64,000 nucleotides of DNA from an uncultured virus (IMG/VR IMGVR_UViG_3300025877_000002) (lineage: Duplodnaviria; Heunggongvirae; Uroviricota; Caudoviricetes). The DNA lies in the IMG/VR virus record IMGVR_UViG_3300025877_000002. The stretch is one strand, 5' to 3'. Position numbers and translations under genes: made by a program. Positions 47,277 through 57,446 of the stretch are shown here, piece after piece (positions within the stretch are counted from its first letter, which is position 1; each line of letters begins with the position of its first letter). The notes beneath the pieces are model-generated. The model made no database searches. It saw nothing but the letters and a program-made list of their open reading frames with translations, and was not told where the DNA came from.

Positions 47277-48064
47277 TTCGGTTTATTCCAGATACGTAAG
47301 GGTACTACGGGACGGGATACACTTGATACTCCATTCTCGGATACTGCTCCGATAGGGCAGAAGGGATGTTGAATCCCCAATCTTGAAGCCAGGGCACAAA
47401 TTATACCTAAGCTTGTTTTATCGAAAATACTTCCACTCTTAAATGTTTCGGTTAGGAAGTTGGTTGTTGTTTCGGCACTGTTATACCATTCTGCTTCAGA
47501 AGGCCCAGTTACAATTTTCTTTAACTCTCTTTGTGCATTTGAGGTAGTACTGGAGCTCGAACTGGATAGTGCTAGTATTAAATTGTTTACTTGATCAGTG
47601 ATTAGCCGGTAAGAAACTAATTCTGCTACTAGAACGTTCGCTAAATAAGGCCATTTTGACTCAATGAAGATATCAGTATCAGATATTGGGGGATTTAGCA
47701 GCGGTTGCAGGAATAGCTGTTCTATCTTAATGTAGTTATCCTTTTGGTTAATATCGATAGTTATTCCTGCTGGGATCCTTCCCGCAACCATTTCACTAAT
47801 ACTGAGAAGTGCTACAGCATCGGCAACGGTTATGGCTAAGGTCTTTGTACTACTGCCATCTACATTGGTTACAGTAAGGGATACTGTATACTCTCCGGGT
47901 AGTGAATAAGAATGGGAAGGGTTCTGAATAACAGACACATTATTAGGTCCGCTATTAGGATCACCAAAATCCCAAGCCCAAGTGGTTGGGCTATTCACAG
48001 AACTATCGGTAAAGGATACCGATAGAGCTGTTGGAGAATAACTAAAGTTAGATACTGGGATCAT
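47267..48064 (-). CDS. Head-tail adaptor with an N-terminal PKD domain
   Basis: VSFTDSS..PTTWAWDFGD...NPSHSY..PGEYTVSLTVTN PKD signature. Confidence 0.8.
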   Translation of the reverse strand: MIPVSNFSYSPTALSVSFTDSSVNSPTTWAWDFGDPNSGPNNVSVIQNPSHSYSLPGEYTVSLTVTNVDGSSTKTLAITVADAVALLSISEMVAGRIPAGITIDINQKDNYIKIEQLFLQPLLNPPISDTDIFIESKWPYLANVLVAELVSYRLITDQVNNLILALSSSSSSTTSNAQRELKKIVTGPSEAEWYNSAETTTNFLTETFKSGSIFDKTSLGIICALASRLGIQHPFCPIGAVSENGVSSVSRPVVPLRIWNKPKCQ

Positions 48065-48513
48065 TATTCAGTAGGATATTTTTCCATTAATGTTGTATGC
48101 AATTGATCAACCTCTTCATCGCTCATAGCTTTGAATTCATTCTTTGTTGGCTTTTCAGCATCCGGGATATTTGGATTATCTTTAATCTCCTGGATCATAT
48201 CCTTACGAGTTAAAAGATCCTCTTCCAAATCCTCATCCTTTACTTCCGCTTCCTTTTTCTGTTTTGCTCTTGCAATCTTATCAGCTTTTGTAAGGCTGTT
48301 ATTCAGAGTAACATTCTCACCATGTTGAGCTAACATCTTCTCAGCTTCAGCCTCAGTGATTGGGACAATGTGACCTTTAGCATGGGCTTCATCTACTCTC
48401 TTTGAAGCGGGTTTAGTTAAGAGCCCCGGTACATTCTTTGTTACCTTTAAGCCTGTTTTTACATCATAAAAAATAGATGCGTTTTTTCCGAGTTTGTAAT
48501 GTTGATTTGACAT
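48064..48513 (-). CDS. Hypothetical head-associated protein
   Basis: Directly downstream of the MCP gene; acidic C-terminus. Confidence 0.65.
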   Translation of the reverse strand: MSNQHYKLGKNASIFYDVKTGLKVTKNVPGLLTKPASKRVDEAHAKGHIVPITEAEAEKMLAQHGENVTLNNSLTKADKIARAKQKKEAEVKDEDLEEDLLTRKDMIQEIKDNPNIPDAEKPTKNEFKAMSDEEVDQLHTTLMEKYPTE

Positions 48514-48539
48514 GTTGGGGGTTTATTATAAATAGCAAC

Positions 48540-48580
48540 AAAAAAGGGAGCTGAATAACCTGTGTTACTAGCTCCCTTTT
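48540..48580 (-). terminator. Intrinsic terminator after the major capsid gene
   Basis: AAAAGGGAGCT...AGCTCCCTTTT inverted repeat with a T tract. Confidence 0.8.
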
Positions 48581-48599
48581 AGATGTTATGGTTTCTTAA

Positions 48600-49700
48600 T
48601 TAGTCAATTACTACGTTTTCCAGGTCATCAACTTCCATGTAAGAAGGGAAGCCGTTAGTGGCAACATCCAGGGATTGATCTAGGATGATTCGAGAATCAC
48701 GGTAGATAATACCGAACCCTGTAGTAAGGGTAGCATAAGTAGCTTCTGTCTGATTTGATACGATCTTTTCAGATTCCACCATCAAAGGCTGGGCATTATA
48801 TTTAATCAGGGCAGAGTTTGAATCTACGATGATTTGTTGATCTGTTGGTACTGCCCCGTGGACGAAGTAGTTCGTACTTGTCGGTAGAGGAGTCTTCAGG
48901 TCAAGTTTTGCAGCTGTTGTTCCTGATTCTCTCTTTTTGAATTCATCCAAATCCAGAGTCTCAAGGGCAGCATCTTCTCCACCTAAAATAGTATCTGCCT
49001 TACGACCGATACGTGACATCCTGATCCATACTTTAAGTAGGTCACGGTAACTTGTGGCACCCACTGTTGCAACTCCTAATACCGGAGCAGATTCTGAACC
49101 ATCAGCTTGTTCCCCGTTGATCAGGGTAGTGATAGCTAATGTATCCATACCTTGAGCCAACTTAATACCCATATCCTGAAGGAATAGAGCAACCAAGTTT
49201 AAAGCAACGTATTGTTTAACCTCGTAAGAGATCTTAATACCTTTGCCCATCTTGCTCAGCTTAAGGGATTTACTTCCGTAGGAAATAGTTCCAACTGAGA
49301 TAGTTTCAGCTTCTCCCAGTAATTTCGGAGTAGCATCACTCATATTGATCCAAGGCTGGTTGACCGTAGGATTCGGTACTGATTGCTCTACAGCAACCAG
49401 ATTAGGCCAAATGGCATTTCTTCGTAATCCCAGACGCATAGCATCTCGGATGATCTCCGGCATCAAGAAGCGAATCGAAACATCCGGTAGGGTGTTTAAA
49501 TTCTGAATTGTATCAATGCTTGGGTCCAAGCCAAGTTCCTGATAAAAGGACTCCATCGTGATTCCGTATTTTTTACTAACGAAATCAGAAAGGGAGATAT
49601 CCACCGGATTATCCTTATCCGATCTCATGGCATCCATTGTACGGACCATCGTTTCGATATCCGTTTTGATCTTGGACTTTCCGTATTGTTCTTTATTCAT
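48600..49700 (-). CDS. Major capsid protein (HK97 fold)
   Basis: 366 aa; LMPEII, GEAETI, KMGKGIKISYE; follows protease and decoration genes; strong terminator. Confidence 0.88.
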   Translation of the reverse strand: MNKEQYGKSKIKTDIETMVRTMDAMRSDKDNPVDISLSDFVSKKYGITMESFYQELGLDPSIDTIQNLNTLPDVSIRFLMPEIIRDAMRLGLRRNAIWPNLVAVEQSVPNPTVNQPWINMSDATPKLLGEAETISVGTISYGSKSLKLSKMGKGIKISYEVKQYVALNLVALFLQDMGIKLAQGMDTLAITTLINGEQADGSESAPVLGVATVGATSYRDLLKVWIRMSRIGRKADTILGGEDAALETLDLDEFKKRESGTTAAKLDLKTPLPTSTNYFVHGAVPTDQQIIVDSNSALIKYNAQPLMVESEKIVSNQTEATYATLTTGFGIIYRDSRIILDQSLDVATNGFPSYMEVDDLENVVID

Positions 49701-49749
49701 GGCTTATGAAATAGATTGTTTTTTTTGTAGGTTTTAATGTAGGGAGGTC

Positions 49750-50178
49750 TTAGTGACGAACCAATACTCTGATTTCATCAAGAGCTGTTGTTGCAGCATC
49801 CAATGACCAACCCGCCTGATTGGCAGCAGTTACAGATGTATCATCATAGCTCAGTTTTGCAGTGGTACCGTTGTAGGTATCATAGAGAACTGGACCGGCA
49901 TTCATTGCTGTTTTAGCTTCTCCAGCGATAACGCAATGTCCGAAAGTTGCTACTGTTACCTTCTCACCAGCAGCTCTGTCTTGCAAAGCAATACCGATAC
50001 ATGTAGTTTCGTAGGTAGAAGGAGTAACGATCTGAACTTCGCCGTTTGTATGGAGTTCCACCGGCATACCTTTTTTAATTGTAACCCCCGTCTTAACCAC
50101 GAATTCGAGGTGAACGTTATGAGAGTTTACTTCCAGTAAGAAGGTTGAAACTGTTGGGGTACCTAAAGTACTTGGCAT
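49750..50178 (-). CDS. Capsid decoration / cement protein
   Basis: IKKGMPVEL..G.V...CIGIAL pattern; directly upstream of the MCP gene. Confidence 0.7.
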   Translation of the reverse strand: MPSTLGTPTVSTFLLEVNSHNVHLEFVVKTGVTIKKGMPVELHTNGEVQIVTPSTYETTCIGIALQDRAAGEKVTVATFGHCVIAGEAKTAMNAGPVLYDTYNGTTAKLSYDDTSVTAANQAGWSLDAATTALDEIRVLVRH

Positions 50179-50237
50179 GGCTTATGAATTAAGTTATGGT
50201 TTTTGGATTGATTAATGTAAAGAGGTATTGAGAAATG

Positions 50238-51716
50238 TTATTTCTTATCCCCGATTCCGTGCATTCCTGCAATAGAAGGCTTTTTGTTGAACTCAGCCAT
50301 CACTTCCGCATTTGTCTTTGGTTTCTCCAAAGAAGCTCCGTTACCCTGATTCTCAGGTTTCTTTTCGTTTGGATCTTCAATGATTGCCGTATTACGGGTA
50401 ACGTTTGTACTGCTACAATCATTACATTTGCCCGGATATTGTTTATCCATCAGAGTTTGATACTGAGTTTGAAGGCTGCTAAGGATAGCATCATCCGCAG
50501 TAAGGATTGAAGACAGCATTGTGGCATCAATCTTATCCTTGAACAGTATGTTATACATACGTGTTACGTCTGTGCGTTTAGCAGATAAAGCTGTTTCGGC
50601 TGCAGTTTTGAATACTGTCAGGGAAGTAACTTCGGTTTTCTTAGCCTCCAGTTCTGTAGAAAGAGTTGTTTTCTCTCCCTCTAAGGTTGTTACTTTCAAT
50701 TTCTCAGCGGCAAGGTCTGATTCTGCTTTTAGCAAATCCCCAAATTTCTTTCCGTTAAGTTCGGCTAATTTGGTTTGAGCTTCAGCTTCTGTTAAAGCAG
50801 TAATGCCGAAGAAAGCGGCAAGGCTAATTAAGATTTTTTCCATTGTAGGATCTGTTAAGGTTTCTTTTGATTTGTCGTGAGTTTGTTCTTCCTCGGATAA
50901 TGAGGTAGTATCCGTCTTATAACTAAAAAAGTAGTGTTGTGTTCCTGTCTTGGCAGATAGTTGTTCTGCGGCCTTAATATAAACCGGATTGTTTATTTCA
51001 CCATCTCTTATCAGTTGGGCAAATGGGTCAGCACCATGGGCTACTAATGATGTTTCATGGTAGGCATGTATTTCTGATACTATCCTTCTTATTAACTCTC
51101 CATCTGATCCGAATGAACCTATCTTAGACATAAATTCACTACGTTCTAATTTAGGATGAGATTGTTCCCATTCAAAGGAAACAGTAACAGAATTGGAGTG
51201 AATAGAAGGGGGGTCCATTAATATACCCCGAGCAATCTGAGGATGAGATTTACCATCTATTAATAGTTCCCCGTTAATACCCGCAGGTACTATAAGGCCA
51301 TTTGAAGCAGTATAAGACTCTTCCCAAGATACTTTGGCAACAGAGCCCAATTCATTACCCACTAAAGCCTCATGGTTACCATAAAGACTCTGTCCCAATA
51401 GTTTAGGCATTGAAGCCTTAAGTACTTTGTTTTTGGCAAAGTCTATAGGATTATGTTTCCGATGTACTATCGTTTCCGATAACAACCGGAATACGGGACG
51501 GATGAATTGATCAGCTGTTGGCTTAAGGTCTTCAGCAGTAACTCCCGGATAGTAAGTCTGGAAGTTCGGTGTAGCTGAATCGAATAGGCCAAAGCTTTCA
51601 ACCGATTTTTTCTCTAATTGTTGCTTTGCCCCTACCTTCTTAAGATCAAGAGATTCTGGACAATGGGCAATAATCAGGGACTGACCCGAGTTAAGGGTTA
51701 TTTTATCAAAGGGCAT
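50238..51716 (-). CDS. Prohead protease / scaffold fusion
   Basis: NH, SNSV, ETSLVAHGADP protease-like motifs followed by a coiled-coil scaffold region. Confidence 0.75.
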   Translation of the reverse strand: MPFDKITLNSGQSLIIAHCPESLDLKKVGAKQQLEKKSVESFGLFDSATPNFQTYYPGVTAEDLKPTADQFIRPVFRLLSETIVHRKHNPIDFAKNKVLKASMPKLLGQSLYGNHEALVGNELGSVAKVSWEESYTASNGLIVPAGINGELLIDGKSHPQIARGILMDPPSIHSNSVTVSFEWEQSHPKLERSEFMSKIGSFGSDGELIRRIVSEIHAYHETSLVAHGADPFAQLIRDGEINNPVYIKAAEQLSAKTGTQHYFFSYKTDTTSLSEEEQTHDKSKETLTDPTMEKILISLAAFFGITALTEAEAQTKLAELNGKKFGDLLKAESDLAAEKLKVTTLEGEKTTLSTELEAKKTEVTSLTVFKTAAETALSAKRTDVTRMYNILFKDKIDATMLSSILTADDAILSSLQTQYQTLMDKQYPGKCNDCSSTNVTRNTAIIEDPNEKKPENQGNGASLEKPKTNAEVMAEFNKKPSIAGMHGIGDKK

Positions 51717-51734
51717 GTTGGGAAATTTTGGGTA

Positions 51735-52064
51735 TTAGTTTAAGCCATATTTAGTTAGCAAGTTCTTTATACTCTCTATACTAAATATACGGTTAGAAAC
51801 GAGAGTTACTAATACAGCGAATACAATGAATTGAATCCAATCCATCTGTGCTAGGATAGTTACAAATCCCAGGGCGTTAAGAGTGAGCAATACTATACCC
51901 GGGAATGCCCAAGATACTAGGAAAGAGATAACTACTGCTGCTTTACCTTTTATCTTGTTATTTGTCATTGTTTTAAAAGCCCCAGTGATTACTACGCATA
52001 GAGGGGCAAGGATAAACAGAGCCATCATGAACTCGTAGAAGAAGGCATTGAATAGATTTGTCAT
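51735..52064 (-). CDS. Three-TM membrane protein (holin-like)
   Basis: Three hydrophobic segments in 109 aa. Confidence 0.55.
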   Translation of the reverse strand: MTNLFNAFFYEFMMALFILAPLCVVITGAFKTMTNNKIKGKAAVVISFLVSWAFPGIVLLTLNALGFVTILAQMDWIQFIVFAVLVTLVSNRIFSIESIKNLLTKYGLN

Positions 52065-52068
52065 GGTT

Positions 52069-52719
52069 TTATTTGGTTATTTGGTTTATACTTCCGAAAT
52101 ACCCATAAGAATTGTTGGGAGCAACTCCCATTTTCTTAAGGGTCAAAGCCACTGGGATATGGTGGCCGTGAACATCTACCAGTGTGAATTCTGTTTCTAA
52201 TGATCTTTTCTCCACTACGCAATTCTCCCATTCCCGAGTTACTGCATCTCTTTCTGAGGAGAGAATGGTATTAAACCACCCGTTACCCAAGAGTTCATCA
52301 GTATTCCTACCGGTTAATCTACACAACTTGGTATTGACAGATGTGATTTCTCCATCTTCATTAGTCTCAAATAAACATACATTAGATTCCGATAATAAGG
52401 CCGAAAACCTTGCATCTGTACGGGATTGGTTTGAGATAATGATGTTTAGTTTATCAGTTGTGTTATGTCCTCCATTGGGCTTAAACTCACTGATAATTGT
52501 ATTCATCTTCTCGTTTCCCTGTCTTATAAGTTCTCCGAGTTTATTAACTTCATTTTTTAAACCGGTTACGCCTGACATATCTTCTAGTATTTGTATAGCC
52601 CATTTCCTAATGAACTTGTAGAATTTCCTTATTGCAAAGAAAGCTCCGACAGATGCAGCTATACCGCCTATCAGATCGTACAGGCCCAAACCCGCAAATT
52701 GTACTAAAATCATTTCCAT
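52069..52719 (-). CDS. Membrane-anchored PAS-domain protein
   Basis: N-terminal TM, coiled coil, then FETNEDGEITSVNTKLCRLTG...ELLGNGW...ERDAV PAS signature. Confidence 0.85.
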   Translation of the reverse strand: MEMILVQFAGLGLYDLIGGIAASVGAFFAIRKFYKFIRKWAIQILEDMSGVTGLKNEVNKLGELIRQGNEKMNTIISEFKPNGGHNTTDKLNIIISNQSRTDARFSALLSESNVCLFETNEDGEITSVNTKLCRLTGRNTDELLGNGWFNTILSSERDAVTREWENCVVEKRSLETEFTLVDVHGHHIPVALTLKKMGVAPNNSYGYFGSINQITK

Positions 52720-52723
52720 ACAT

Positions 52724-54178
52724 TTAGTTTAGTTTTCTAGGTGTGGGCCTATTTTTATCTCTTACTTTTTTATCCGATTTATCTTTTTGAGCTTGTCTTT
52801 TAGCATCCATCTCAGCTTGGGTCGTAGCCGAGTCCATGATAAATCTTGGTTCTTTTTGATCAGCTTTTTCTTTACCCATCGCTTGAGCATATTCATCAAG
52901 GTTGGTTATACCGTCATAATATAAGTGGCGAAGGTTACGGACTTTAATCTCCATCGCCTGTTGATATTTAAGCTCATCTAGTACAGTAGATTGTAAGAAT
53001 TTAACCCGTAACGACTTAAAAGTAAAACCAGCTAATCTTAGGTCAAGTGTATAACCGAATTCAAGGTTTCTTCGTACTAGGTTCTGTATATTTTTTAATT
53101 GGGCTAGGATCTTGGTAAAGATTACAGTTATCTGTGTTTCTGATGTACCGTATGCTCTACCCATTAATGAGGCATCTTGTTTTAAACCTGACATTACCTG
53201 AAGCTCATTGTTCTCGAAGAGAGAGGTAGCACCGGCAACATCTTTGGTTGGGCTAAAGAATTCAAAGTCAGTGTCTTCTTTATATCCTGCAACTATACCA
53301 TCCCGCATACCCGCTTTAACTCGGGTTAATACTGTCTGTAAGTCCTTATCTAACCGGTTTACATAGTCATTGGTGTTAGCCGATTCTCCGGTTAACATGT
53401 CGGGTTTCTCCATTAATACTGTAAGAAATCCCACTAAACCAATCTGTTCGATGATGAAGTCGATGTTTTCCTGCATTACTTCCTGTCTCTTTAGGGGATC
53501 TAAAGAAGGCAGGTAAGGAGGAATACCATAAGGTAACTCAGTATCACCATTCAGGGCATAATATTTATATGTCTCTGGGTTAAGCTTTATTAATTCGTTT
53601 TCTGGAAAAGCCTTACCTATGGGTAAATTCTTAGGCCTTTGATAGGGAACATAACGTTGGGTTTTACGTTCTATTGCAAATTGGATAGTTTCTGGGTTTA
53701 CAAATACAAATCTGTCAACTCCTTTTAAATCCATCCCCGGTACCCACTCGCCAGAAAGAGCTCCACCGATCATTACTTGGGAGATCATCTTGTTTACCAA
53801 GCCATCCATCCCGGCAGTAGATTCTGACCATTCAGCTTTTTTAATTTCTAGGTATTGGCGAATCTTATTAGCCTCAGCTTCTGAAACAGATTCATCAAAT
53901 TCAACCTCATGTCCCGGATTTCCTAACTGTACTAAGTTATCCAAAGCCTGAGATACATCAGGGTTGGTATAAGCAAGCTTACGAATATGTGGGATAAGAG
54001 TGTTGTTGAAAAGGGGGTCTACTAATTCAGGAGCACCCTTCATAAACGAGAACTGATTCTTGTTATCAGGTATACTTACTCTTCCCTTTGGTAAGGCAGT
54101 CGGTTTAGGAGACTCACTAGTTACCTTTTTATCTCCCCAAGATATAATCTGTCTTCCGAATAGTGTGATTTCTTTCAT
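52724..54178 (-). CDS. Portal protein
   Basis: Follows TerL; PYGIPP motif; 484 aa. Confidence 0.85.
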   Translation of the reverse strand: MKEITLFGRQIISWGDKKVTSESPKPTALPKGRVSIPDNKNQFSFMKGAPELVDPLFNNTLIPHIRKLAYTNPDVSQALDNLVQLGNPGHEVEFDESVSEAEANKIRQYLEIKKAEWSESTAGMDGLVNKMISQVMIGGALSGEWVPGMDLKGVDRFVFVNPETIQFAIERKTQRYVPYQRPKNLPIGKAFPENELIKLNPETYKYYALNGDTELPYGIPPYLPSLDPLKRQEVMQENIDFIIEQIGLVGFLTVLMEKPDMLTGESANTNDYVNRLDKDLQTVLTRVKAGMRDGIVAGYKEDTDFEFFSPTKDVAGATSLFENNELQVMSGLKQDASLMGRAYGTSETQITVIFTKILAQLKNIQNLVRRNLEFGYTLDLRLAGFTFKSLRVKFLQSTVLDELKYQQAMEIKVRNLRHLYYDGITNLDEYAQAMGKEKADQKEPRFIMDSATTQAEMDAKRQAQKDKSDKKVRDKNRPTPRKLN

Positions 54179-55686
54179 TATCTTGGTAAAGTTCTTGGGC
54201 CTTTATATTTTCCTTTTCTTATTTGATTAGTAATAGCTTTACCCATGATAGCATCATCGGTGTATGTTTCGTCTGCTAATGCTTCCTCTTCCATATTAGC
54301 ATTCTTATTACCTTTACCCATAGCAACTGGGCGGTTTGTACTGTCGTAAATGAAGGTATAAGCTTCCTGGCAAAAAGCGGGGTCACGGATTATAATACCT
54401 TTTTCCCGTATATCTTCCTCCAACTGATCGATGATTACCGGTCTGTTTTTCTTAGTTGTATACCAACCAGGGATCTTTTCTTCTTTAGGTCTTCTATCCC
54501 CTTTCTCCTTTAGGATCTTGGTTGCATAGTATAATCTTGGATATCGATGCTCTTCAATTTTGGAGGCAACAGCTAAACCAATATCGTTTGACTCGGGTGC
54601 TAATACAGCAGTGTTATATTCTTTGCCATATCGCATTAATAAATCAGCTAAACGATTGGTTGGGATACGTCCTTTAAATGAGGCATATTCCTCCCCGTAT
54701 CTATCCATTATAGAAAAGGTGGAATAATCTTGTGATCGGCCTGTGGCAACGTCACTACCAATAAAGAAATCCTTGTCTTTTTCCGGCTTCCTATAGATTC
54801 GTAATAATCCATTTTCTTTTACTACTACGTCCTCAAGGTCTAATATCTCTTCCTCAATTGCTCTAATATCAGCCATGGCAAAAACAGTCTGACCGGATGA
54901 AAGGAAGGAGCCATCGATCTCCTGAGCTGTTCTTCGTGCACCCAGTGAAGCTTTCATTTCATCATACCACTTCTGATCCCGCTCGGGGTGCATCTTCCAG
55001 TGAAGCCGTATTGGGTTAAATGGGTTACCTCCAGTTGTGGCATCTACCCAAGTTTTATGGAACCAGTTACCAACACCGTAAGGAGTTGAGTTAACGATTG
55101 AAGCTCCTCCTGTTGATAGAGTTGGAAAGGCTGCCGCCCAGATTTGATTAGCCCAACGAATGATGGCTGCTTCGTCAATTACCAGAAGTGAGAGACCTTC
55201 TGATCGACCGGCATCTTCGGTTGTGGGAATTGAAGAGATGATAGAACCGTTAGAGAATTCCATCTCGGTTGCAGTCCCGATTTCACTACCCCTACCGTTA
55301 ACCACCTGTACCTTGAGATGTTCGGGAAGATTTCGGTACATATATTTAATCTTCCGTAATACTTTCTTAGCAACCCTATCCTTAATTGAAAGGATAACGA
55401 TTGACTTTGTGTCATGATACATTGCCAACCATAGGCAATACATGGCAATTAATTCTGTTACTCCAGCCTGTCTGAACTTCAGGACTATATTAAACCTTTC
55501 GGTTAGGAAAAACCAAAGAACGGATTTCTGAAAGGGATAGAGGTCAAATCTTGTTTTCCCTCTCTTTGGGTGAATAACATGTATGAAAGTAGAGAAAAAG
55601 AATACATCATTCCTTACCCGGTTTAATTCCTTAAACTCGGTATCGGTTAAATTTTTAGTAATTAGGTTTATTTTACCCTTGCTCAT
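54178..55686 (-). CDS. Terminase large subunit
   Basis: LYPFQ, LKFRQAGVT, LLVIDEAA, STPYG, DVATG..DYS, ESN..G, DDAIM. Confidence 0.95.
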   Translation of the reverse strand: MSKGKINLITKNLTDTEFKELNRVRNDVFFFSTFIHVIHPKRGKTRFDLYPFQKSVLWFFLTERFNIVLKFRQAGVTELIAMYCLWLAMYHDTKSIVILSIKDRVAKKVLRKIKYMYRNLPEHLKVQVVNGRGSEIGTATEMEFSNGSIISSIPTTEDAGRSEGLSLLVIDEAAIIRWANQIWAAAFPTLSTGGASIVNSTPYGVGNWFHKTWVDATTGGNPFNPIRLHWKMHPERDQKWYDEMKASLGARRTAQEIDGSFLSSGQTVFAMADIRAIEEEILDLEDVVVKENGLLRIYRKPEKDKDFFIGSDVATGRSQDYSTFSIMDRYGEEYASFKGRIPTNRLADLLMRYGKEYNTAVLAPESNDIGLAVASKIEEHRYPRLYYATKILKEKGDRRPKEEKIPGWYTTKKNRPVIIDQLEEDIREKGIIIRDPAFCQEAYTFIYDSTNRPVAMGKGNKNANMEEEALADETYTDDAIMGKAITNQIRKGKYKGPRTLPR

Positions 55687-55781
55687 ATCGGAATATCTTA
55701 TACACAGAAAGAGGGAAAGGGGAAAAAAAGATATATATATAATATATATCTATTCCCCGTTCCATCCTTTGTTATGCAACC

Positions 55782-56537
55782 CTATAAACTTAATCCTTTA
55801 AGCATGTCGAGAAGAGGTGGATAAGGGAATATATCGTTCTTATCCTTTCTCACTGTGCTATGGGACCAAATTCCTGGAAGGTCGTTGGTTATCACATTCT
55901 CATCATATTCATAAAAATCTTCTCTAACCTTAGGAATGACCATTTTGAATTCAGAGATAATGTGCTCAATCGTAAATCTCAAAGAGGCAATTTGGGCCTC
56001 AGTGTAAACATGGAAGTTTTTGATTCCCCTCCACTCTTCATCGGCAACGTATACATCCCCTGATTCCACTTCCTTAGCCGATAGTTTAGAAGGAAATAAG
56101 GGATAGAAGAAGAACTTGTGTTCAACATCGTGCAGTTTACCACATGATACTAATTCTATTCCAACGGAGTTCTTTTCAATACTATCATCATCTCCTTTAA
56201 TTCCAAGGTGATACGCCCAGCATTTAGGATCAAAGGCTTCATAGATTGTTCCATCACGATCAATTACGTAAGCCGTACCCACGTGATCTGGGGTTTGGTT
56301 CCACCAAGTGATAGCCCCTTTAGCAGTATTCCCAGCCGTATGGTGAAGAAATATACTCGTCTTCTTTTGGGCAACTGGGTAATGCTGGTTATTAGGGAGA
56401 CGCAAGCTACGGTTTATTTGTAACTGTGGCCTCACTACCGCCACTTCCGGTGGCTGTGGCTGAGACGGTTGGATTGGAGGAATGGGAGAGCTTGATGAGC
56501 TGCTCGGTTTTTTCTCCGCTTGATTTCGTGGACCCAT
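55782..56537 (-). CDS. N-acetylmuramoyl-L-alanine amidase endolysin (start uncertain, possibly GTG near 56435)
   Basis: IFLHHTAG, WAYHLG, SVGIEL, WSHS...KND Amidase_2 motifs. Confidence 0.88.
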   Translation of the reverse strand: MGPRNQAEKKPSSSSSSPIPPIQPSQPQPPEVAVVRPQLQINRSLRLPNNQHYPVAQKKTSIFLHHTAGNTAKGAITWWNQTPDHVGTAYVIDRDGTIYEAFDPKCWAYHLGIKGDDDSIEKNSVGIELVSCGKLHDVEHKFFFYPLFPSKLSAKEVESGDVYVADEEWRGIKNFHVYTEAQIASLRFTIEHIISEFKMVIPKVREDFYEYDENVITNDLPGIWSHSTVRKDKNDIFPYPPLLDMLKGLSL

Positions 56538-56940
56538 AGAAGAATGATATTACTGATGAAATTAATGTACCTAGCATAAAACCAAGAATAGTATCCACTA
56601 CCCTTAAGTTTTCAGCGGGAATCTTACAGAATGTAACTACAAATATGTAGGTTAAACTCGTGATAATGATAAATGAGGTTAGGTAATAAATATAGCGTTT
56701 AGCAAATTTATCTTCCTGACCCAAAGCAGCTGTTTGCATGGTTCGTGCACTTGCAACATCCGCTAAGAAGGACTTCGTTTCATCAAGTTGGGCTGCAGTT
56801 ATTGATTCTGCAGCCCTATTGATTTCTTTTCGAAGTTCGAGTTCCGCTGCAGCCCGTTGGCCTGCGTCCGGTATCTTATCAAGGATGCCTTTTACGAACC
56901 CCCCTGATAAAACATCGAGTACCTTGTCGAAAAACGCCAT
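56407..56940 (-). CDS. Holin
   Basis: Two C-terminal TM helices ending FFYGS; adjacent to the endolysin. Confidence 0.7.
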   Translation of the reverse strand: MAFFDKVLDVLSGGFVKGILDKIPDAGQRAAAELELRKEINRAAESITAAQLDETKSFLADVASARTMQTAALGQEDKFAKRYIYYLTSFIIITSLTYIFVVTFCKIPAENLRVVDTILGFMLGTLISSVISFFYGSTKSSGEKTEQLIKLSHSSNPTVSATATGSGGSEATVTNKP

Positions 56941-56942
56941 GG

Positions 56943-57434
56943 TTATTCTGGTTTTCGGTATCTACCGTCCCCAGAAATTGCGGCTCGAGGAGTTTCCATT
57001 ATACCCTCGGGTTCCCAAGTTGGATAGTTACTGGCGGCTAGCTTCGATTGCGAGGTAAAGGCAGTAGTTTTCACATAACAACATTTCGTATTGGTTATAG
57101 CAGTAGTAGGAATACAGACTGTGGCTCGTGTCCAATAGAGTACCTTATTATCTAAACCGAAGAACACCATCGCTGGGTTATTAGAAGTTTGAGTAATCCC
57201 ACCATAATAGGCTGAGGTATCAGAGACTGAACTCTGCATGGCTACAGTGATGGTGTAAGACTCAGCTCCGGCAACCGGAGTTACTTTAACGATCGTATGA
57301 CCGTCCAGGGAAATTGTATCAACCGTCAGGGTCACTGCCGTTTGATTACAGAAGTTAGTAAATTGGCTTTTGGCGGGCGGGGCCGTCACCAAAAACATCA
57401 TAGCCATTAGGCTCAGCATAATGAATTTCTTCAT
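56943..57434 (-). CDS. Secreted beta-rich protein with a Sec signal peptide
   Basis: MKKFIMLSLMAMMFLVTAPPAKS|Q signal; several Cys residues. Confidence 0.65.
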   Translation of the reverse strand: MKKFIMLSLMAMMFLVTAPPAKSQFTNFCNQTAVTLTVDTISLDGHTIVKVTPVAGAESYTITVAMQSSVSDTSAYYGGITQTSNNPAMVFFGLDNKVLYWTRATVCIPTTAITNTKCCYVKTTAFTSQSKLAASNYPTWEPEGIMETPRAAISGDGRYRKPE

Positions 57435-57446
57435 AGTTTTTGTTTG

